Source: Gekko japonicus | Lineage: Eukaryota | DNA: 64,000 nucleotides | Direction: 5' to 3' | Assembly: GCF_001447785.1 (NCBI RefSeq) | Contig: NW_015169181.1 | Location: forward strand, 989,643-1,053,642 | Part shown: positions 46,257-59,416 of the stretch, piece by piece | Layout of the letters: each line of letters begins with the position of its first letter | Numbering within the stretch: position 1 is the first letter of the stretch | The notes under the pieces: generated by a model | The model's database searches: none | What the model was told of the DNA's origin: nothing | What the model saw: only the letters and a program-made list of their open reading frames with translations | Translations under genes and position numbers: made by a program

Positions 46257-49200
46257 CTAAAGATTTCATAAACAGACGAAGAGATTGGTTTTGTTTTGTT
46301 TTTGGGGGGGCGGGGAGCTACAGAAACAAGAGAGTCTAGGACAAGCGAGAGGAAAATCTGCCTTGGAATCCTTCACATCAATAGCAAAGGTCAGAGCATT
46401 TGAGCTTGTTGTTTCAGCAGAATCCTCACTCAGTCTGTGTTCTTCGAGGATACGTGCCAAGAAGAAAGAAACCACGAACCTTATCCAGAGATTTAGTGAT
46501 TCTCATCCCACATCCATCGCCGATCATCCGCCAGGCAAGGCGAGCCGTGTTCCGAGCGTCATCCAGCCCTTCGGAAAACCAGGGATTGAATGGTTGTAAA
46601 TGTATGTGCGTATTAAGCAGGAGAAAGTACAACATGCCCTAGTAAACTGACACAAGGAGTAGCTGAATCGGATGTTTATGGAATGGATCCAGAATTGTTA
46701 TTCCTCAACACCAAACTGTCAGCTTCAGACTAAAAGCTACATGGGTTGACTGTTCTGTTTGCTGCTGCCTTGGCCAATTTTCCATGAGGAGTAGGCGACA
46801 GGGCCAGAGTTTAGCAAAAGAGCACCTACTTTTCATGTGTAAGGTCACAGGTACAACCAATGGCACCACTTAGTTAAAAAGGGATTTCAAGCACTAGCAG
46901 AGTTAAGAAGCCTTTCCTGACGTCTCCTGTGCCTTTCCCCCTCTCAGATGAACCTTTGCAAAGAACCATTCCTGTTCCATACAGGAATTCAAAATAAGTT
47001 TCCCAGCTCTCTTGCGTGCCTTTGTCCGAGAAACACAAACACAACACTCACCAGAATGCTCCCGTCCTGCAAATATGATCCCCACATCCTGCAAAGCGCC
47101 GTTTAATCCCTGGGGCTTCCTTGAGTAAAACAGCTAGAAGAAGACAAATGTAATTGCCAGCTGAATTGCTATGCTCTTCATTTTAACAACTGCAAGTTCT
47201 TGTAGACGTAGAACAGTGTTAATCTCCCAGATATTAAAATGTTTTATCTGGTCTTTGATCTGAAGGCAACCTCCCCCCAATGGCTTACAATTAAAAACCT
47301 CAACTAAAACTATGGGTTCCCCTTTCTGCTGTCCCTGAGGGTCCCTGACACCCCCCCCCCGGAGATCTGGGGGGGGAGATCAACGGCTGCAGTTAGAGGG
47401 GCAGACAAGACAGTTCCGCCAATAGAAACGTCTTCTGTTAGTGGAAAACGGCACTGGTGTCCAATGCATCATCATCACAAATAAAACCCAACAGTGATGC
47501 TGCGAGTGCAAAAGCCCAAGCTGAAATTTTTTTTGAGACAATCAGGATAATGATGTGACTGCTACCACTGCAGAACATGCATCAGCAGACTCATAGAGCT
47601 GGACGGGTCCCTTAGAGACCATCTAGTCCAACTCCTTGCTCAGTGCAGGATCAGCCTAGCGCATCCCTGACAAGTGTTCGTCCAGCCACTGCTTGAAGAT
47701 GGCTACACTTCATACATTAAAAAGGTAAAGGTTTCCCTTGCTCGAAAGCCAGTCGAGTCCGACTCTAGGGTTGCGGTGCTCATCTCCGTTCCCAAGCCGA
47801 AGAGCCAGCGCTGTCCGAAGACATTTCTGTGGTCATGTGGCCTGCATGACTAAAAACCAAGGCGCACGGAACACTGTTCTCTTCCCACCGAAGTGGTCCC
47901 TATTTATTTACTTGCAATTTCTTGCTTTCGAACTGCTAGGTTGGCAGGAGCTGGAACTAGAGACAGGAGCTCACGTCGTCATGCGGCACCCGGGTCTCGA
48001 ACTGCTGAACTACTGACCTTCCCCAGCCTGCAGTTCAGTGTCTTAAGCACTTGAGCCACCGCAGCATTAAGTGATGCTTAAAACAGTAGTGCATTTAACA
48101 TGCAAAAGCCAAAGCACATGGCAAAGAAGATCCAGAGAAGTACAAACCAAGAAAGCTTACACAAACTATCGGTGGAAGAACACATTGATGGAACAGCACA
48201 AGAGAAACAAAAATGGTAAGGAACCAAGCAAACAAAAAGAATTATTACACATGCCTAGAAACATACTACTTCTCTCTAAAAAGGTTACCTAGTTAAAACC
48301 TGCCTAGTCTTTTGAGAGGCAGATGTTACGACAGAAATACATTTGGGTGGCAGAGAACGAAATCAGTAACTCTCTTTTACAGACCTGTAAGTATTTCCCA
48401 ATCCACTGGTGCTCTTACCTTGTAAGTTGCCCTGAGGTCAATCCAGGAATTTAAAATATCTGGTTTTCGCAACTGTTTCCTTTTGCATTCATACTGCAAA
48501 CAAACCCCTAGATCCCAATCTGTGTGAGAAACAGGTACACGTTGCTGTAAATGTTTATTCCCACAACAGTCCAATGAGCTTCATTTTGGTAGCTTGCATT
48601 CAGTGCAAATGCAGAAGTTCACCAGCCTGGAGTCCCTATGACTTCTACAGAGTACAATCGTCACAATTTTTACTTTGTTTGCTTTTTGAGAGGCAGATGC
48701 TGAGCTACACCTCACTGCTCCCAGTGCTGGCCTTCCTCGGACCCAAAGGCGAAGGAATATCCTTGTGCTGGTGAAGCGTGCTGCTTTTTAACAGATCCGA
48801 GTGGTAGGATGCAACCCATTATTGTCTGGGTTATAAAAAACAGGGAATTAAGGTACAGGATAACTAGTGAACAGGGTAGCATGATACAGTAGGCTTACCA
48901 CTGCTATGCTACCACTGTGGAACATGGATCAGCAGAAAATGAATACATCATAGAACCATAGAGTTGGAGGAGGCTACCACTGTGGAACATGTATCAGCAG
49001 AAAATGAATACATCATAGAATTATAGAGTTGGAGGATCCCATAGAGGTCATCTAGTCCAACCCCCTGCTGAGTGCAGGATCAGTCTAAAGCATCCCTGAT
49101 ATTTCTACCAATCAAGGCATGGAGGTTCTCTTTGCCTCTCCTGACAGTCATAAATAAAAAAACTGCACAAGATTGAAACAAGGAACTTCATTTAGCTTCT

Positions 49201-52200
49201 GGAATATGTAGAATTCAGCTTTCCTAGGCATGCATTTAGATTCATTTTAAAGCACATATTACTCATAACCAAAAATTCAAATATAACACATCATCAGCTC
49301 AAACCCAAACACTGCGGAGTAGTCAACAGAAGAAGAGAACTAAAAAGAATCAGCAGGGCTGTTGTATGATCCAGACTCACTGGCTGCCCAAAATCAATCA
49401 AGATTTCCGTTGATGCCAGGAAGCCAGAAAAGGTGTGTCACAGCAAATCTCTTTTTTAGAAAAGAGAAGGTTCCCGAACCTCGGTGCACCCCGGACAGGA
49501 AACATTAGGGAACTTTAGTCATAGTTCCCACAGGCAGACATGGACACCTGACAGTTACACGGATGGGGAGCAGACCAACCCCAAACTGAAGAATCACGGA
49601 GAGATAAACAGCAGGGATCAAATGAGCAGGGATGAGAGATGGCTGGATGAGATCTTATGTGCATAAACATTACCAAATGAACTGTCTAGACAAAGCTACG
49701 GCACAAACGCAAAGCCACCCCAGCTCTGTTAGTTAACTCTGCTCTGCTTTGGGCTCGTTTATAGCAAGTGCTGTTACGTTTAATAAGTACTGGATTTTAG
49801 GAGGAGAAATCTGACTTTTTTTTAAACCCCCCGCCCAAATTTAGAAGGTACTGTGAATTACCTGACCAGGTAACAAAAGCACATAATTTTCCTCCAGAGG
49901 CAGCCACATTTGAACGAACTGAATCAAAAACAACTTTCTTCTCCTTTTGTATCTTTTGAATCCATTTAGAAAACTGAGACAGGCATATAGGCAGAGGGAC
50001 TCCTTCATCAACTTGATTCTTAACAAAAGAGACAAGATACTTTTAAGTATTAAAGTCATTTCACTTGCTGTATTGCCCAGCCTTGACAATATCATTATTC
50101 ACTAAATCCAACTTCAATTCAAAAACAAGTTTCTGCAATTAGTTCTACCAAACAGAATCAAAACCTTACCTGTGTGATGCCTGTTAGCTCAGTACAAAAT
50201 TCAGAGAGAATTGGATGCTCCTGAGGTTGGACATACATGTGGAATTCAGATTCTATCTCTCCATTTGAAGTGTTTAATAGAACTGCTGGGAATTCAACTA
50301 TGAGAAAAGGGTGTTGTCATAAACACTTCCATTTTACCTTTATAATTAAACTAAGGCTCAGGATAACAAACAACGGTTTCACAAGTCATATGATCTAGAG
50401 ATGTTACAGTATTGGAAACATTTTCATTCATATCTCATATTTTGTGAAAACAGAGGATCCAGTATGTGGTATTTCATGTATGCACAGAAGTCTTACCATG
50501 CTCAAGTTTGCAGCCATGATTGCAGACTGTTTTGCATGGGCTAATGAACTACAAGAAGACATATTTGGAGAGAAAACAGCTTCACCAACTACTCAAGCAC
50601 ATAAAATATATGATGTGCATGAATATCAGATGGAATTTGCAATAGGTAGTTAGTAAAAGCTAAGAAATTGCATGAATAATGTCTGAACAGCTTCATTTTT
50701 ATTTTCCAGTTTGTCCAGAAACAATCCTCCAAAAGTTTTCAGCCTCCACTTACTTATTTCTTGACTGTAATGTGTTCTGCCGTCTCTCCAGCACGTAGAC
50801 TCAAAATCAATGACGATTAAGTAGTCAAACTCCTGCCCTGCAGCACAAAAGAGACAGCACGATACTTCTATCAGGAACCGTGGGACCATCTGAACATTCA
50901 CCTTGTGAAATAGATGTGGCACTCACTCTGTTTGGGTCCACTGTGATTCTGATCACCAGGTGATGATTTGGAACTTCTCCGAAGAATACCAAGCTGCCTG
51001 CAAGGCAAACATACATACTAGCTTCCATCAAAATCACATTTCTCAAAGTAATGAAAGGACAGGCTCTTCCACACAAAACCTGACCTTCGATGGGGCTCCG
51101 TTGGTGCCAGCGCCGGAGGTTAGGAGTTTGGGAATGCTCTTGGATACCTCCTTAACAATGGAGGCCCAGGTAGCAGCCACTGCCAAGTCAGCCTTTTACC
51201 ATCTTCGGCTGATTAGGCAGCTGGTTTCCTTCCTTGAACACAATGACTTGGCAACAGTGATCCATGCGATGGTCACCTCAAGATTGGACTACTGTAATGC
51301 TCTCTACATGGGGCTGCCCTTGTCGCAAATCTGGAAGCTACAGCTGGTGCAGAATGCTGCAGCCAGACTGTTAATGGGTCTCCCGATGCCAGAGCACATT
51401 CAGCCTGTGTTGAAGGCATTGCACTGGCTAGTGATAGCATACCGAATTCACTTCAAGGTGCTGGTTCTTACCTTTAAAACCCTTTATGGTCAGAGACCTA
51501 CATACCTGAGGCACTGCCTTTCCTCACATGCTCCCCAGAGAGCGCTGCAACCAGGGTCCCAACAGCGACTGACCCTTCCCAGACCAAAGGATGCCAGGCT
51601 GGTTAGTACCAGGGCTAGGGCTTTCTTGGTGGTGGCTCCTCTCTGGTGGAATGAGCTCCTGGAGGAGATCAGGGCCCTGCAGGACCTTATGCAGCTCCAC
51701 AGGGCCTGCAAGATGGAGCTCTTCCGCCAGGCTTTCAATTAGGAGCTGCCCTGAGGGAGAACCAGGCTCCCTGAACAGCCTGTGCCAGCCACACATTGTA
51801 AGATCTGGGTCAATCACTAGGATGGGATAATGAAGACCGACTGCCGTCTGAAATGTAACTTAAATTGTCAATCTGCTAGCACCTTTTTTAACGTTGAAAT
51901 TGTTTTATGGTTTTAGAACTATTTAAATTACTTCTTGTTGTTTTTATTCTCTCTGTAAGCCGCCCTGAGCAGGCCATGGCTGGGTAGGGCAGGTATACAT
52001 TTAATAATAAAAAATAATAATAAAAATGATTGTTTCAAGTACATGTAAAAAATGGTTGTTTCAAGTACATGTAATATAGCTCCCCAGGGCTGTACTAGAC
52101 ACAATGAAGAATCCACCTGGGGATTTTTAAGCAGGCAAGAGAGGGGATTTAACCTCTGTCTCTTCTTTCACTCCCTGCCTGGAGTATTTTTCTCCCAGCC

Positions 52201-54472
52201 CAGATGCAGCAATAGGAAACTGCTGAGCTGGAAAATAAAATGTTTCAAATGACAGAGCACAGAAACGGTGAGGAGGGGAATTAGGAAGCTGCTTGTTTCA
52301 CCTGAATCCTCCATTTTGTTTTAAGCCGGTCTCTAAAAGCACTTCGTCCAGGAATGACCAGATATGTGAATAAATACATACGAATCTTCTCCTCACAAGA
52401 AGTCTAATTTGGATCTCACTGAGGTTGTAAAACTGAATCTGAGCTATAGCAGAGAGCGAATGCAGCATAGCAGTGACAGTGTTTAATGTGGGACACAGGA
52501 GAATAGAGTGGCAGCGTCCCTAAGAGGTAGAATGGATATCACTAGCCTAAACTGCAGGACTATATAGGGCTATTTATTTTTAATGCTCCTTTGAATGAAA
52601 AATTCCATACAAATAGAAAACTAACACAGCCACAGAGAAAGATTCTATCTCTTGCTTGCCGTGCAGGGAGTTTATCATGTGGAGGAACGTTTCTACCTGA
52701 GGTCTTTTCCCACCAGACGTCCATCTGACCTGATGAGCTGAGTTACAAATTCCACAGGGGTAGCCTGTCTCAGTAAATAGGAGTGGGGGGCAGGAACCCT
52801 GTGGCAGATGCCACATTTTTCTTGCTGCATAAACTTCCTCAGACTAGAGCTCGCCTCAGATGTATGAGCATCTGATGAAGAGTTCCAGTTGAGATTAACT
52901 GAGCCATCCCACATACTTTTGCTCCCAAAGGAGTAGTCACATTGGCTTGTGGCAGAAAAACTAAACAAAAGGCTTAGAACACCTTAAACACTGACAAAAA
53001 CATTTCCAACATAAACATTTGTGGACTAGAGCCCATTTCCTCAGGTATGTTCTAAAGATTAACACACACACACACACACACCCCTGCAGACACAACGCAT
53101 ATAGGAAGGAAAGTTAGGAAAGAAAAATTAAGCAGCAAAGTCAAGAGGCCGGGATGGGCAAAGCAAAATGTAATGATGTGAAATTCTGCAACACAAGTGT
53201 GTTGCAGAAAAGCAGAGACCATCTCTGTAATGTATTCAATAGCTGCCATTGAATGCATAATTGGATTGCCATGTAAAGCTTCGTCCTGGGCTAGGATCCA
53301 AATCCATCCAATCGCATTGCTAGTCCAGGAAGAACCAACCAATCACTTGTCAGCAAGCTCTCTGAGCGGGAATGTCCGTGATTGGTCCTTATGCATACAA
53401 TCTTATTGGTTGGTAATTGTACAGTAGGCGTGGCTACATTAGCCGGGAGAATTTAAAAGCAGGACGTTGATGAATAAAGCTGAATCACTCTCCGCTACTG
53501 ACTTAACAATCTCAACTGCAGTGACTAGTGCTAAAGCAATCTCTGGTTTTGCTATGCTGCTATACAGCTGAATCTTTGCTGAATCACTCTCCAAGTACTT
53601 GTTAAGCCAGCGACTCAACAATCTCAATTGCAGTGATTAGTGCTAAAGCAATCTCTGGTTTTGCTATGCCTGAAGGCACTGAGGAATCCCAGGTTTGTGA
53701 TTTAACCAATCCAGTGAGAGCCACTGTGGTGTAGTAGTTAGAGTGTCAGACTAGGCTCTTCCAGACTCAGGTGCCCACTCTGCCCAATCCCAGGTTTGTG
53801 ATTTAACCAATCCATCCTTTCAACAGTGAGAGCCAGTGTGGTGTAGTAGTTAGAGTGTCAGACTAGGCTCTGCCAGACTGGGGAGGGCAGGGACCTCAGT
53901 GCCATAGAGTCAATTCTTTGAAGCATCCATTTTCTCCAGGGGAACTGATCTCTGCAGTCTGGAGATGAGCTTTCATTCCAGGAGATCCACAGGTCCCGCC
54001 AGGAGGCTGGCACCCCTACTCGAAAGCTCACTGCGTGGCAGGGGCCACGCATACTCTCAGCCTACCCTCCCTCACCGGGCCGTTACTGCAAGGATAAAAT
54101 GGAGAAGGGTGAGAACCACAAAACATGCTGGGTGTTGGCCGTGATACCCGTGAGCACCACAGACCAGGTACTTTCTCAGCCTAATATACATCACAGAATG
54201 AGGATAAAATGGACGAGAGAAGAATGACGCTTTAAGATGCTTTCAGTCCCCGTCGGGATTCAGAGAGAAAAGGGAATTAAACAGCTAAATGAATACACAT
54301 TTACCAGAAACCACGACTAGAACATCGTCTGACCAAAGCAAGCAAACACAAAAACCTCCTCCCTACTACAAACTCCCTCCCAAGACCCACCCAACAAGCA
54401 GCCAACAGGTAGAGAAAGAAGCAGACCCTCCACCACCACTAGGCCTCACCTGGCCAACTGTTTGGTCGCCAT
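44967..54472 (-). CDS. ERI2: ERI1 exoribonuclease family member 2 (DEDDh 3'-5' exonuclease + C-terminal GRF zinc finger); 9 coding exons, 674 aa
   Basis: MATKQLARQLG...DYLIVIDFESTCW...EIIEFPAV...FCTELTGITQNQVDEG...TWSDWDLG...WIDLRATYK...GREHSGLDDARNTARL...CKCG...GPNQGKVFYSCP...CGYFKW. All introns GT-AG; CDS is 2025 nt in frame. Confidence 0.96.
46480..46568 (-). CDS. ERI2: ERI2 coding exon 8
   Basis: GLDDARNTARLAWRMIGDGCGMRITKSLDK; 89 nt. Confidence 0.95.
47052..47133 (-). CDS. ERI2: ERI2 coding exon 7
   Basis: LFYSRKPQGLNGALQDVGIIFAGREHS; 82 nt. Confidence 0.95.
47720..48062 (-). mobile_element. Sauria SINE
   Basis: Homologous to 22407-22752. Confidence 0.88.
48419..48519 (-). CDS. ERI2: ERI2 coding exon 6
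   Basis: DWDLGVCLQYECKRKQLRKPDILNSWIDLRATYK; 101 nt. Confidence 0.95.
48908..49036. repeat. Tandem duplication, 2 x ~65 bp, overlapping a CR1 3' end
   Basis: GCTACCACTGTGGAACATG...TAGAGTTGGAGGA repeated. Confidence 0.8.
49862..50018 (-). CDS. ERI2: ERI2 coding exon 5
   Basis: NQVDEGVPLPICLSQF...CAFVTWS; 157 nt. Confidence 0.95.
50170..50297 (-). CDS. ERI2: ERI2 coding exon 4
   Basis: EFPAVLLNTSNGEIESEFHMYVQPQEHPILSEFCTELTGITQ; 128 nt. Confidence 0.95.
50754..50837 (-). CDS. ERI2: ERI2 coding exon 3
   Basis: QEFDYLIVIDFESTCWRDG (ExoI motif); 84 nt. Confidence 0.95.
50927..50997 (-). CDS. ERI2: ERI2 coding exon 2
   Basis: QLGILRRSSKSSPGDQNHSGPKQ; 71 nt; phase-compatible with exons 1 and 3. 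Confidence 0.9.
51085..52025 (+). mobile_element. L2-clade LINE 3' fragment
   Basis: VRSLG..LD..L.M, SRLDYCNALYMGLP, LQLVQNAAARL, LHWL; A-rich tail. Confidence 0.9.
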
Positions 54473-54960
54473 AACTACCGCTCCCCGGCCCCCCCAACAG
54501 CTCGCGACGCCCTGACCCCGCCCACCTCCTTCGTCTTCCGCCGTCCATTTCAAACTTCCCGCCGGGCTCTTGACGCCCCACCTCCTATCGACGCTATCAG
54601 GGGCTCGGCTACCATTGCCTGCCTGCCCGACTTCCGGGAATTTCTTAGGGAATCCCACGACCCGTCTCTGATCCCAGCGGCTCAGGCAAACCTAGGCGAT
54701 TGCCGAGCCAAGCTTTTCTCGGATTATAGGTTCTCTCTGGTTACTTTATTACAGGAAAGCGGCGAACAGCTGATGAAGGTGAAGCTCTTCTCTTGTAAAC
54801 GATCGCCCTGTTCTTATACCTTTATTTGAATGGGCGTTGGGAAGGGGGGCCCCCTGAAATTTCCTTTCAGAAGGGAAGGGGAAGAGCCGCGGGAACTCCC
54901 CTTCTCACGCACGTGGCTGGAGATCACGGCGCAATCCTCGCAAGGCTTTCCAGGTCCCCC
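54440..54960. promoter_or_regulatory. CpG-island promoter of ERI2 (possibly bidirectional)
   Basis: CpG-rich; GC box CCCCGCCC ~54516; ETS ACTTCCGG ~54630 just upstream of the ERI2 ATG. Confidence 0.65.
54450..54472 (-). CDS. ERI2: ERI2 coding exon 1
   Basis: ATGGCGACCAAACAGTTGGCCAG|GTGAG; 23 nt. Confidence 0.9.
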
Positions 54961-55332
54961 CACCCCAGAAATCAGGAAAACGTATTTTGCAGCATGCGTA
55001 TAATTTCTATTTTGCAGCATGATTATAATTTCGTTTTAAACCCGCTGGATTACGATGCCGTGTTTCACATTTATTTGCTTGGGGTTTTTTATCATTACTA
55101 TTTTTTAATTATTCATTTTATAAGTGTTGCAGTGTTCACAGGGCATTTCTGTCCCCTGCGCTCCTGCTGGCCCCGTTTCTTCATAGGAACAAGCTTGATC
55201 TTTTTGTCCAGGGTGGGGAGGGGAGAGGAGATGGCTTGTTAGAGTGTCTTTAGTAGAGAGTTGCAAAGCCCCGTAGGACTCACTGACACGTGCCTAGGAG
55301 GATTGCTGTTGTAACAGCTCGATCCCATGCAT

Positions 55333-58300
55333 GTTTTTTTTAATAAGTATTTTTATTTGGTTTCCAATACATACTTAACATATAAGGTAGAGTCTCATAC
55401 ATTTAACTTCTCTATCCAATCATACACCTTAAACCATCTTTTATCATACACTTTTACATTTTTGTTTTGCAAAATCAAACTCAGGTTGTCCATTTGCCTA
55501 GATCTAACACTTTCACCACTAATTCCTCCAGTACTGTGTCTAGTTTCCAGTTCTTGGCCAGTAACAAACGGGCAGCGGTTATTATATACACAAGTACATA
55601 TTTATCCTGCTGGCTATATCCCTTAGGTAACATATTTAATAGATATATTTCAGGTTCCAACGCCAAATTTTTCTCCATTATTTCTTGAATCACCATCTCC
55701 CAATATTCCTGAATTTTACTGCATGTCCACCACATGTGGTAAAAAGTCCCTGTATTAGCCTTACATTTCCATAGGGTTGCCAAATGTCAATTTCTTACCG
55801 GCGGGGGATCTTCTTCCTGGTCCGGGAGCCGGTCGCGGATGCACGCGCGCGTGCCGCCAGGACGTCACCGGAAGAGTTTTCCCCTCAAACGGCGTGGCTC
55901 CGGCCTATAAAGGCTATGGCTTTCATATATTTAACCGATTCCCAAGTTTTGGTCCACATATCTAGCTCTATCTTTTTCCCTATATCTTTCATCCAACTGC
56001 ACATTACTCCTTTCACTTCTTCATCTTTTTCGAAGTCTGTCAGTAAAAAGTTATACAATTTCTGTATAAATTTGTCATTTGAGGATAGCCATATTTTATC
56101 TAGCTCATTATTATTGTCTTCAAATCCTCTTAACATATCTTTTTTATACCTATCTTGTAGCATTGTCTTTTCCCACCAGGATAATATATTTTCCCTTAAC
56201 AACTTTTCTTCTATTATTAATTTATTTTCTCTATTTAGCAAGGTTTTATACGTTATTTTCTTATTTGTTGTTATCAATGCTGGTTGGATGAATGCTTCTG
56301 GGGTGAAACCCATCGTGGTATTTTCTTATAAAATTTTTCTTTTATCTTAGTCCAGAATTTATTTAGTACATCTCTTAACCAATGTTTTCTGAAATTTGAA
56401 TGGATTTTATCCTTTCCGTACCATATATATGCGTGCCATCCCATAAACAAGTCATGCCCCTCCAATAAGAGTAACCTCCTATTTTCCAAGGTGACCCACT
56501 CTTTAATCCAAACTAGGGCGGCCGCTTGATAGTAAAGGTACCAGTTAGGTATATTCAATCCTCCTCTATCTTTTCTGTCCTGCAATACTTTCCATTTTAT
56601 CCTGGCCTTTTTATGCTGCCAAATAAATTGCCTCGTAATTTTACTTAACTCTTCGAAAAAGTTCTGTTTCTTTAATATTGGTATATTTTGGGCTAAGAAT
56701 AAGACTCTTGGCAGGATATTCATCTTAATTAGGGCAATTCTTCCCATGAAAGACAATGGTATATTCTTCCACTTTATCAGATCGTTTGTGATTTCTTTTA
56801 ATAGCACCTTATAATTATCCTCTTCTAGCGAACTACTTTTATTTGTGAGATTTATTCCAAGATATTTTACCTTCCTTACCAATTCCATGGTCGTTTTGTC
56901 TTTTATTTCTTGCACAATTTTAGGTAAACAATTTTTAGCTAGAATCTTGGATTTTTTATAATTTATTTTTAGCCCTTCCACTTGTCCGTAATTTGTGTCC
57001 ATTAAGTGTGTTATTGATGTTTCTGGTTTCTCTAGAATGAACACTAGGTCATCCGCAAATGCTAATAACTTATACGTTTCGTCTTTAACTTTTAATCCTT
57101 CAATCAAGTTATTATTCCTTATCCTATCATTCAATGACTCTTAATGCGAATATGAACAACAGTGGTGACATAGGGCATCCTTGTCTTGATCCCTTTTGAA
57201 TTTGTATATTATTGGTTAAATCACTGTTCACTATGACTTTTGCATACTGCGTTGTGTAAAGGGATTTGACCATTTTATGAAAATACTGACCGCACTCCGC
57301 TCTTTTTAATTTTTGCAATAAAAATTCCCACGATAAATTATCAAAAGCCTTTTCAGCATCAAGGAACATTAACATCAGTTCTTTATCTGCGTGCTCTTCA
57401 TAATATTCTAATACATCTATAATTACTCATACATTATTCTTCATTTGTCTCTTGGGAAGAAAGCCCATCTGATCTAGGTGTATTATTTGTGAGAGTACCT
57501 TCTTCAATCTATTTGCCAAGATTCCTGCAAATATCTTATAATCGGCATTTAGCAATGATATGGGTCTATAATTTTTGACATTACTTAAATCCGAGTTGGG
57601 TTTGGGAATTAAAGTAATTAGTGCATGATTCCATGACTCTGGGATTTTTTCCATTTGCCCTATCCTCTAAAAAGTGTCTTTGAACGTTAATCCTATCTCT
57701 TCTTCAAAAGTTTTATAAAATTCCGCAGGAATCCCATCAGGGCCTGGTGCCTTATTTTTTTGTTTGTTTGTTTGTTTCTTAATAGTTTCAGATATCTCAA
57801 ACATTGTTATGGGTTCATTCAAGATCTTCCTCTGTTGATCACTGAATATATTCTTATCCTCTTTCAAATAATTTTTAATTAATTCTTCATCCTGTTGGTC
57901 ACATTTATATAACTTGCTATAAAAGTTTTCTACTATTACTTTCAGTTCTTGCAAATTAAACTTCTCTTCATTTTTATCGTTACATAGTTTAACTATTGTA
58001 CGCTTTGCTCTTTCTTTCCTTACTTTATAAGCTAACCACCTATTAGGCTTGTTTATAATTCTCAAAGTAATATTGCTTCGTATATTCTATTCTGTGCTGT
58101 ATTTCATGATTCAGCAATAAATTCATTTTATGGTGTAGGAGATTTAATTTAATTTTGGCATTACCACTGTTTATAGCTGTTTTCATACTAGTTTCTTGTA
58201 GTTTAATCTGCTGCATTAGGTTGTCATACTCTTTTTTCCTCTGTTTATTTATCCATGCACTTTGATTGATGAAACATCCTCTTATGTATGCTTTAAAAGC

Positions 58301-59416
58301 ATCCCATATGACTTCCTTGGGGGTATCTGATTTATTATTTATCTTAAAAAATTCCACTATTTCCTTTTTACATTTTTGGACAAATTTCTTATCTTTAAGT
58401 AATTTTATATTTATTGAACTTCTATTTTTTCTATATTCTTCTTTTAGCGTCAAGCGAATGGGACTGTGAGCTGCAAATGTATTTGGTAGTATTTCACATT
58501 CCGTCACATCCTTTATTGTCTCAGCTGACAACCATACCATATCAATCCTAGACCAAGTATTATGCCGTGCTGAATAATATGTAAAGTCTCTTTTTTGCCC
58601 ATTTCTTATTCTCCATACATCTAATAAATTGTGCTCCTCCACTATTTGCAAAAAACGTTTTGGTAGTACTCCTCCCATTTTGGATCTTTTCCTAGCCTTC
58701 TTTCTATCCAGTACTGGGTCTAAGACTGCATTATAGTCTCCTAATATGCAAATATTACTAACTATTGTTTGGCTCAAAATTGTTTGTATTCTTTGGAAAA
58801 ATTCCTTTTGATTTTGATTAGGTGCATAAATATTTATTAGAAGAATTTTTTCCCCATTTCTCATAATTGTGATAGCCATTATTCTACCATCTTCTGACCC
58901 ACATACCCATTCGGGCTCTAAAAAATCTTTTGCGTAAATCACAACCCCTCTTTTTTTTCATCAACCGATGCAATGAACACTTTACCTAGCTTTTTGCACT
59001 CTAAGTATTTATCATCAGTCTTTTTAATATGAGTTTCCTGTAAGCATATTATGTCAGCGTTTATTTTCTATAATTGGTGGAATGTTCTCCTTCTCTTGTG
59101 TGCACTATTTAAACCATTTATGTTTATTGAAATAATATTAAATTTATTACCTGCTGTCATTTTCTTTACTTAGTGCTTGTTCCCTCTACTTTTATGTTTA
59201 AATCTGGTCAGAATGTGGTAGGTTGATTTGCTAGGTTTGGGTTTATTTCGTTTTACCTTGTTTTCTTTCTTTTTATATGTCTCTTGGTGTCTGCTTTCTA
59301 CCTCTACTTCCTCTTCTCCTTCTTCCTCCTCTTCTTCCTCTTCTTCTTCTACCTCTTCTCTTTGCAAACCCAGGTCCTCACCAAAATGTTCAAGAAAATT
59401 CTCTACTTTAAACACT
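55333..59416 (-). mobile_element. L1 LINE: ORF1 C-terminus + whole decayed ORF2 (ATG 59160) + 3' end
   Basis: MTAGNKFNIISININGLN..CLQETH, NIYAPN, GDYN, SRID, KAPGPDG, YRPISLLNADYK, LDAEKAFD, RQGCPMSPLLF, FADD, KYLG; stops and frameshifts; A tail at ~55333. Confidence 0.95.

Noticed and set aside
54305-54328. 24-nt AG...GT candidate for ERI2 exon 2
   Set aside because: Phase-incompatible; the true exon 2 at 50927-50997 matches the orthologous QLG.RR sequence.
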